DNA of 64,000 bases from Gammaproteobacteria bacterium (GTDB lineage: Bacteria > Pseudomonadota > Gammaproteobacteria > Steroidobacterales > Foliamicaceae): positions 1,551,878 to 1,615,877 of the forward strand of contig CBDATM010000001.1 of assembly GCA_965200225.1 (NCBI GenBank), in the 5' to 3' direction. The position numbers and the translations under genes were made by a program. Shown here piece by piece: positions 57,874 through 64,000 of this stretch. How positions within the stretch are numbered: position 1 is the first letter of the stretch; every line of letters begins with the position of its first letter. The notes below the pieces were generated by a model that was not told the origin of the DNA, searched no databases, and saw nothing but the letters and a program-made list of their open reading frames with translations.

Positions 57874-59355
57874 CTAGGACCAGGATAGCGTAACCGCCTT
57901 GGTCTTGGTGTACAGATCGAGCGCTGCCTCGCCGAACTCGCGGCCCCAACCGGACTGCTTGTTGCCGCCGAAGGGCATGGTGGGGTCCATGGCCGCATGG
58001 CAATTCACGCCCACCTGGCCGGCGTCGATCAGCCGGGTCATGCGCATTGCGGTCTCAAGATCGCGGGTCCAGACACTGCCGGAGAGTCCGTAGCTTGTGT
58101 CGTTGCCGCGGGCCGCCAGAGATTCGAAGTCCTCATCGTCGGAAAAGGTCTGCATGGAAATGACCGGGCCGAAGACTTCCTCGCGCACGATCTGCATATC
58201 GGGCTCGCATTCGGCGAAAAGCGTCGGCTCGATAAACCAGCCCTCGCGGTCGAGGCGCTTTCCGCCGGTTAGCTTGCGTGCGCCTTCTGTCTGGGCGCGG
58301 GCAATCATTCCTTCGACCCGACCGCATTGACGTTCCGAAATCAAGGGGCCGATCATGTTGTTCGGGTCCGAGCCGGGGCCGACCGGCATGTTGCGGGCAA
58401 ACTCCGCGACCCCAGCCCCCAGTTCCTCTGCGATCTTCTCGTGCACAAACAGGCGGCTGCCGCACACGCAATTCTGGCCGGAAAGGAGAAAACCGGCCAT
58501 GGCAACGCCGGGAACAGTGCTGGCGAGATCGGCGTCCGGGAAAACGAATACCGGGGACTTGCCGCCCAGTTCCAGCGACACCTTCTTCAGGTTGCCCGCC
58601 GCAGCCTTCACGATAATCCGCCCAACCTCGGTGGACCCGGTAAAGGCAACCTTGTCCACGTCGTCATGCGCGGACAGCGCGGCGCCAGCCTCTTCGCCCA
58701 GGCCGTTGACCACATTGAATACGCCGTCGGGGAAGCCCGCCTCATGGGCCAGCTCGGCCATCATCAAAGCGGCGGTGGGAGCGTCTTCCGCAGGCTTCAG
58801 CACCAGCGTGCAGCCGGATGCCAGCACCGGGGCGATTTTGAGCATTTCCATGCCGAAGGGATAGTTCCAGGGCGTAATCGCGCCCACCACGCCGATCGGT
58901 TCCCGCAGCGTGTAGGCAAGCAGGTCCTTGGGCGATTTACCCAAGGCCGAAGAGGGCAGGGTCCGACCGGTGATCTTGTTGGTCCAGCCGGCGTAGTAGC
59001 GAAGAAACAAGGACGCGAACGGCGCGGCGCCTTCCGCGATCATGCGCGGCAAGCCGCCGTCGAGAGTCGCGATTTCGGTCATCGGTTCCGCGTTGCGCTC
59101 CAACAACTTCGCGAACTTGAGAAGGAGTTGCGCGCGCTCATCCGGCGCTACCGCAGCCCAAGCCGGAAGCGCCGCGCGGGCGGCCGCAACCGCGGCGTCG
59201 ATTTCGTCTGCTCCTCCCAGATGCAACTGCGAAATCGCATTGCCGCTTGCGGGGTCCAGAACATCCCGCAAGCGCCCGCTGGCCACTCGCGCGCCGTTGA
59301 TGAAATGCGGTTGCGGCTTGCCCAGCCGCTCCGCCGTTTGTTGTGAGATATCCAT
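57874..59355 (-). CDS. NAD-dependent aldehyde dehydrogenase (phenylacetaldehyde dehydrogenase-like)
   Basis: ITPWNYP, LKPAE, FTGSTEVG, LELGGKSP, GQNCVCGS, EEVFGP, FGGNKQSGWGRE. Confidence 0.95.
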   Translation of the reverse strand: MDISQQTAERLGKPQPHFINGARVASGRLRDVLDPASGNAISQLHLGGADEIDAAVAAARAALPAWAAVAPDERAQLLLKFAKLLERNAEPMTEIATLDGGLPRMIAEGAAPFASLFLRYYAGWTNKITGRTLPSSALGKSPKDLLAYTLREPIGVVGAITPWNYPFGMEMLKIAPVLASGCTLVLKPAEDAPTAALMMAELAHEAGFPDGVFNVVNGLGEEAGAALSAHDDVDKVAFTGSTEVGRIIVKAAAGNLKKVSLELGGKSPVFVFPDADLASTVPGVAMAGFLLSGQNCVCGSRLFVHEKIAEELGAGVAEFARNMPVGPGSDPNNMIGPLISERQCGRVEGMIARAQTEGARKLTGGKRLDREGWFIEPTLFAECEPDMQIVREEVFGPVISMQTFSDDEDFESLAARGNDTSYGLSGSVWTRDLETAMRMTRLIDAGQVGVNCHAAMDPTMPFGGNKQSGWGREFGEAALDLYTKTKAVTLSWS

Positions 59356-59368
59356 GGCGGCTCCTCCC

Positions 59369-59407
59369 CCGGCAGTATGGAATTGGGTCCGGCAGTATGG
59401 AATTGGG
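59369..59407. repeat. 19-bp perfect direct repeat upstream of the aldehyde dehydrogenase
   Basis: ccggcagtatggaattggg at 59369-59387 and 59389-59407. Confidence 0.9.
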
Positions 59408-59491
59408 ATTGTATGAAGCGCGCCGCCAGTGGTAAAGGCGAGTGCTTCGCCAGTGGGGAGCTTCGGCAACGGGCACTTCGGCGTGAGGGGT

Positions 59492-59521
59492 TTTACACGA
59501 GACAGGCGATCTGGGTATAGT
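59492..59521 (+). promoter_or_regulatory. Possible sigma70 promoter of the metalloprotease lipoprotein
   Basis: TTTACA, 18-bp spacer, TATAGT. Confidence 0.45.
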
Positions 59522-59559
59522 GTTCGTTCCTGCGGGAAAAATCTGGAATCCAGCGAAAC

Positions 59560-61755
59560 ATGACCGTTCTCAATGGCGTGCAAGGTCCGTTTGCGCAAGG
59601 CCGCATCCGATGGCCCGGCATTCTGGCTGCCCTTGTTCTGGCCGCCCTGCTGCTGGCGGGCTGCGGAGGCGGGGGCGGCAGCGGAGGCGGTGCGCCGGAC
59701 CCTCAGCTAAGTGTTTCTCCCGCTTCGATTTCTCTGGAGCAGACCTTGGGCAGCGATCCGGCTTCGGCGAGTTTCAGCGTTCGCAATTCGGGGGGAGGAA
59801 CCCTGTCGTTTCAGGCAACCGCGAGCGGGGATGCCCTGACGCTGTCTCAATCGAGTGGCCGCGCGACGGCCGGGGCCTCGGTGAGCGTCAGCGTGGAATC
59901 CGCGTGCGAGTCGCCCGGCGATTTTTCTGGCTCGATTGAGGTGAGTGGGGCAGGCAGCAGCGCGCAGGTTTCCGTAAGCGTGGAGTGCGTCCGCCCGCCC
60001 GTGAGCGTTGAAATTGCCGAGTCTCCGGCATCCTCCGAAGGCTGGCCCGGCCAGGATGCGGAAGGCAGTTTGCGCTGGAGCATCTCTTCGCCATGGTCCG
60101 GCCAACCCGCCCTTTCCTGGTCGATTAGCACCGACCGCGATGACGTGACGCTGCAGCCCGCCGAAGGCAGCGCCCGCCTGGACGAGGCCGTGGAGATTGC
60201 CCTTATGGTGAGTTGCCCGGATCAATCGCTCTTCGACGCGGGACTCACTCTCGCCGTGGATGAGCAGGAAACCGAGACCACCTGGCCGGTGCGCTGTCGG
60301 GCCGGCGATGCGCGCTTTCTCTTGCTGGAATTGCACCAGGGACCCATGCAGTGGCGCCAGGATTTCGTGAACGATGAAACCATCACGGCCGTTCCCGCAG
60401 TCGAAGGGCGGCGCACCGCGGCGGTGGCCCGCGTTGGCCATGACTCGCCAACGGTTCCAGGGCTTTCGGCAACCATCCGCAATGCCAGCGGCGAGGCGCT
60501 TGAGGAATCTCCCGTCGTGCTGCTCACGGACACCTCCAATCCCCGTGACGGAGAATGGGAAACGGAATACGTTTTTGATGCGGAAAGCCACTATCAGTCT
60601 GGGAACCGCGTGGATTTCGTCATTGATCCGGACGGCACACTGGACGAAACCAACGAAGACAACAACTCGCGCCAAGTTCACTTTGACGATGGCGAGCCGC
60701 TGCCGAACTTCCGCATCACTTTCGTTCCGATTCACGTCGATTATGGAAATCCGTCCGAGATCGACACGGAAGATTACATGGACAGAATCAACGATTATCT
60801 TCCCGTCGCCCAGTACGAGGCCGAAGTAGGGCGCCCGCTTGAATTTCTGGATCGAGCCTGGGATGCTCACGAGGCCAATGTGGCGCTCACACGCCGCTGG
60901 AACGCGGAGGCCGACCCGGACGAGTTCTACCACGGCCTGTTTCGATATCCCTACGACGGCAGCACCTGCGGCTACGCCTGGTATTACACCCCCGTTGCCG
61001 TGAGCGCTTCCTGGGACGGTGGATGCAACGAGGATATTCAGGCGCACGAGCTGGGGCACAACTTTTCCCTGCGCCATGCCCCGGGGGATTGCGGCGAAGC
61101 CAATGTGGATACGAACTATCCCTATCCTGGCGCGGGAATGGGACCGCATCGCGGCTGGCTGTTCAGCGAGGGCAAGTTCGTGAATCAGGAAGACGGCTAC
61201 CGCGACGTCATGTCCTATTGCCAGCCGACATTCGTCTCCGACTACAACTACAAAATACTGGTTGCGTACCTCCGCTCGGAAGTGTCCATCTGGCCGAACG
61301 ACAGGGCCGCACAGGGACCAATCGCGTCCAGCGGCGGTGGCCGCCCCGGCCCGGTAGCGCAATCCGGCCCCGGCGGGGGTGAGCAATCCGCCGGCCCTGG
61401 CGCGGCAGAGCAATCCCGGCCCAGTCTGGCGCTGACTGGCGCCGTGGACGAATATGGAGCATGGTCGCTGCTGCACATTGACGCCAGTCCGAAGCCACCC
61501 CGTCAACCGCCCCGTCAGCCGCCAGCGGGCACCGGCTTCGTCCTCATCCTGCAAGACAGCGCCGGAAAGGAGATCTACCGTCAGCCTCTTATGGTGGCAG
61601 CCGCCTCGCACGGGAGCGGCAAGATCTGGGCGGCGCGCATTCCCTGGCCGAAGCAGGCGCCCAAGCTCCTGGTGATCCTCAACGACGAGGGCGCCGCGCT
61701 GCTGGTCGAGCAAATTCAGCTACCCAACCCTGACGCGAAATCATCCGTACCCTGA
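59560..61755 (+). CDS. Lipoprotein with Ig-like (BACON/CARDB-like) modules and a metzincin zinc-metallopeptidase domain (M66-like)
   Basis: LLLAGC lipobox; beta-rich modules; IDPDGTLDETNEDNN; HELGHNFSLRH; DVMSYC Met-turn. Confidence 0.8.
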   Translation: MTVLNGVQGPFAQGRIRWPGILAALVLAALLLAGCGGGGGSGGGAPDPQLSVSPASISLEQTLGSDPASASFSVRNSGGGTLSFQATASGDALTLSQSSGRATAGASVSVSVESACESPGDFSGSIEVSGAGSSAQVSVSVECVRPPVSVEIAESPASSEGWPGQDAEGSLRWSISSPWSGQPALSWSISTDRDDVTLQPAEGSARLDEAVEIALMVSCPDQSLFDAGLTLAVDEQETETTWPVRCRAGDARFLLLELHQGPMQWRQDFVNDETITAVPAVEGRRTAAVARVGHDSPTVPGLSATIRNASGEALEESPVVLLTDTSNPRDGEWETEYVFDAESHYQSGNRVDFVIDPDGTLDETNEDNNSRQVHFDDGEPLPNFRITFVPIHVDYGNPSEIDTEDYMDRINDYLPVAQYEAEVGRPLEFLDRAWDAHEANVALTRRWNAEADPDEFYHGLFRYPYDGSTCGYAWYYTPVAVSASWDGGCNEDIQAHELGHNFSLRHAPGDCGEANVDTNYPYPGAGMGPHRGWLFSEGKFVNQEDGYRDVMSYCQPTFVSDYNYKILVAYLRSEVSIWPNDRAAQGPIASSGGGRPGPVAQSGPGGGEQSAGPGAAEQSRPSLALTGAVDEYGAWSLLHIDASPKPPRQPPRQPPAGTGFVLILQDSAGKEIYRQPLMVAAASHGSGKIWAARIPWPKQAPKLLVILNDEGAALLVEQIQLPNPDAKSSVP

Positions 61756-61808
61756 CCTTCGCCGGGTTACTCTCCTCCTTCGCCGGGCTACACGCCTCCT
61801 TCGCCGGG
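61756..61808. repeat. Three 21-bp-period units spanning the Rid-MarR stop codon
   Basis: ccttcgccggg at 61756, 61777, 61798. Confidence 0.85.
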
Positions 61809-62717
61809 TAGAGCCTCGTTCAGCCGCTGCCGCAACTTGCGTAACAGGCGGATGAGTTCCAGCAGTTCCGCCTTGTTCAGCGTGCCGAAGACTTCGTGGG
61901 TCCAGATTGCGTGATCCGGTGCCAGCCGGGCGAACAGTTCGGCGCCCGTCCGGGTCAGGTGCACATCGCTGATGCGCCGGTCCCCGGGGTGCTCCTGGCG
62001 CTGGATCAAGCGATCCTCCTCCATCCGGTCCAGCAAGCGGGTGATGTTGCCCTGCGATCCCAGCAGCATTTGCGAAAGTCCCGAGATGGTGGCATGGCGC
62101 CCGGGGCAGCGCTCCAGATTGGCCAGCACATCGAAACGGGTGATTGAGGTCTTGTGCTTTATGAGCATGGCGCCGCCGATCCTGCGCTCGATGCTCTTGC
62201 TGGCCTTCAGCAACTGAAGCCAGGCGATCAGTTCGTTCCTGGCGAACAGGGCGTCCCTTTTTTCCGGTTTTGCGGACGGAGTACTAGCCGCCGGCGGCTG
62301 CGCCGGCCTGTTTGCGGGTTCCGGAACCAGGGCGGTTGTTTCGATTTCCACCTTGGCCCGGTCTTCGATCAGGGCCGCGACCTGCACCATGGCCATGGCG
62401 GGGAAGTGGCGGCCCATGACTTCCCGGTAGACCTTGCCGAGTTCCGGGAGCCGGGTGAGGTAATCCTGCTTGTCGGTCACATACCAGGTCATGCGCGCAA
62501 TGTGCTCCGGTCCCGCTCCGCCCTCGGCGAGTACCGCCAGCGTGTTGGACAGGGCCTGACGCACCTGGTCGACAAAGTCATCGCTGGCGAACTGTTCGTT
62601 TTCGTCCCAGCCCACCAGCCCTCCGGTAACCAGCAGGCGACCTTGCCCGAGCACGCCGTTGGAATAGCCTTTGGGCTGTGGCCAGCCCGGGGGTTGCAAA
62701 ACTCGCATGTTCATCAC
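61788..62717 (-). CDS. Rid (YjgF/YER057c/UK114) domain fused to a MarR regulator
   Basis: LQPPGWPQPKGYSNG...VQVAALIEDRAKVEIE, Pro/Ala linker, then RFDVLANL...SQGNITRLLDRM...DRRISDVHLT. Confidence 0.85.
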   Translation of the reverse strand: MMNMRVLQPPGWPQPKGYSNGVLGQGRLLVTGGLVGWDENEQFASDDFVDQVRQALSNTLAVLAEGGAGPEHIARMTWYVTDKQDYLTRLPELGKVYREVMGRHFPAMAMVQVAALIEDRAKVEIETTALVPEPANRPAQPPAASTPSAKPEKRDALFARNELIAWLQLLKASKSIERRIGGAMLIKHKTSITRFDVLANLERCPGRHATISGLSQMLLGSQGNITRLLDRMEEDRLIQRQEHPGDRRISDVHLTRTGAELFARLAPDHAIWTHEVFGTLNKAELLELIRLLRKLRQRLNEALPGEGGV

Positions 62718-62732
62718 TCTCAGGCGGGCGGA

Positions 62733-64000
62733 TCAGGGCTGCTCGGCGGCAGGATCGGTTGGCTCGTGGGACGGGGGTTTGGCGGTGCGTTGCAGTTCCA
62801 GTTGCTTGTCTCTCGCATCCTGTTGCAGGCGCAGGGCCTGATCGCGTCCCGACAGATATTGCTTGGGCCAGGGCATGTTCTCCACGCCGTACCAGGCAGC
62901 GGCCTGATGAGTGAAGTAGGGGTTCCACAGATGCGGCCGGGCCAGCGCCACCAGATCGGCGCGGCGGCAGGCGATGATGGTGTTGATTTGCGCAGCCTCG
63001 GTGATGTTGCCCACCGCCATGGTGGCGATCCGGGTGGTGTTGCGGACCGCGGCGGCGAACGGCGTCTGGAACATGCGGCCGTATACCGGCTGCTGGTCGT
63101 GCACCGTCTGCCCCGCGGACACATCAATGAGGTCGCAGCCGTTTTCGGCGAAGGCTTGCGCCAGGGCCAGAACATCGGCTTCGGACATTCCGCCGTCCTT
63201 CCAGTCGGTTGCGGAGACCCGCACCGACATGGGTTTCTCCTCCGGCCAGGCCGCCCGCATCGCCCGGAACACAGCAAGGGGGTAGCGCATCCGGTTTTCG
63301 ATGCTGCCGCCATAGCGGTCGCGGCGCGTATTGGTGAGCGGCGACAGGAAGCTGGCCAGCAGATAGCCGTGAGCGCAGTGCAGTTCCAGCATGTCGAAAC
63401 CGGCGTTGTGGCTGCGCCGGGTGGCGGCCACGAAGGAGTCCAGCACTTCCTGCATCTGCGCGGAGCTCATCTCGTCGGGCGTTTGCGAGACGCCATCGAT
63501 GTAGGGAATGGGCGACGCCGACATCAGCGGCCAATTGTCCCGGGGACGCGGAATGTCCATTTCCTCCCAGCCCAGCTGCGTGGACCCTTTGCGTCCGGCG
63601 TGCCCCAGCTGCATGCAGATTTTCGTGTCGCTGGTCTCATGCACGAAATCCACGATGCGCTTCCAGGCGGCTTCCTGCTCGTCATTCCAAAACCCCGTGC
63701 AGCCGGTGGTTATGCGCGCTTCGGCGGAGGGGCAGGTCATTTCGGTGTACATCAGCCCTGCGCCGCCTGCAGCCCGAGATCCGTAATGCACGAAATGCCA
63801 GTCGTTGGGTGTGCCATCCACGGCCGAATACTGGGCCATGGGCGAAACCACCACCCGGTTGGCCAGGGTCATGCCGCGCAGCCTGAAGGGCGTGAACATG
63901 GGCGTTGGCCGTGATTCGCGACAGTCGAATCCGGTGGTCTCGAAGAGCGTCTGGTAGAAGTCCGACTCCACGGCCTGGAGGAATTTCTCGTCCCGCAGAC
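62733..64000 (-). CDS. Bifunctional salicylyl-CoA 5-hydroxylase / 2-aminobenzoyl-CoA monooxygenase-reductase, C-terminal OYE domain (5' part beyond window)
   Basis: PMFTPFRLR, NRVVVSPMAQYSA, QLGHAGRKGST, LELHCAHGYLL, VYGRMFQTPF, ADLVALARPHL; frame open to window edge (LRDEKFLQAVE). Confidence 0.85.
   Translation of the reverse strand, partial: LRDEKFLQAVESDFYQTLFETTGFDCRESRPTPMFTPFRLRGMTLANRVVVSPMAQYSAVDGTPNDWHFVHYGSRAAGGAGLMYTEMTCPSAEARITTGCTGFWNDEQEAAWKRIVDFVHETSDTKICMQLGHAGRKGSTQLGWEEMDIPRPRDNWPLMSASPIPYIDGVSQTPDEMSSAQMQEVLDSFVAATRRSHNAGFDMLELHCAHGYLLASFLSPLTNTRRDRYGGSIENRMRYPLAVFRAMRAAWPEEKPMSVRVSATDWKDGGMSEADVLALAQAFAENGCDLIDVSAGQTVHDQQPVYGRMFQTPFAAAVRNTTRIATMAVGNITEAAQINTIIACRRADLVALARPHLWNPYFTHQAAAWYGVENMPWPKQYLSGRDQALRLQQDARDKQLELQRTAKPPSHEPTDPAAEQP

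Noticed and set aside
59707-61713. 668-aa minus-strand ORF
   Set aside because: Antisense shadow of the metalloprotease lipoprotein

Overview
High-GC bacterial chromosome segment, most consistent with a gammaproteobacterium (enterobacterial/Xanthomonas-type hisGDC-NB-HAF order with bifunctional HisB; Vibrio-like six-gene TonB module). A host-associated lifestyle is only an inference from the many deletion pseudogenes. Contents in order: end of a DUF3526 ABC permease; an isoprenoid-linked locus (outer-membrane barrel, MpaB/Lcp-family oxygenase, MMPL/RND exporter, flavin amine-oxidase-family enzyme, LolA-like protein, converging on HpnD and a squalene-synthase-like gene); an eroded redox/hydrolase region; one long leuA-ilvE-leuCDB-hisGDCBHAF operon behind a branched-chain amino acid attenuator, with no hisIE; a TonB2-type energiser operon; a hydantoinase/CoA-transferase/HMG-CoA-lyase catabolic locus; toxin-antitoxin genes and remnants; a frameshifted DUF222-HNH gene; prpE, MFS, hydrolase and aldehyde dehydrogenase genes; a metzincin lipoprotein; a Rid-MarR fusion; and the 3' part of a salicylyl-/aminobenzoyl-CoA hydroxylase-reductase. 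No rRNA, tRNA or CRISPR array was seen. The most notable non-coding signals are two long hairpin elements with different self-complementary arms but a conserved, covarying 49-nt core, a ~300-bp IS-derived miniature element, the attenuator, and many short tandem duplications at gene ends. Family calls are from motif recognition only; no database search was run.
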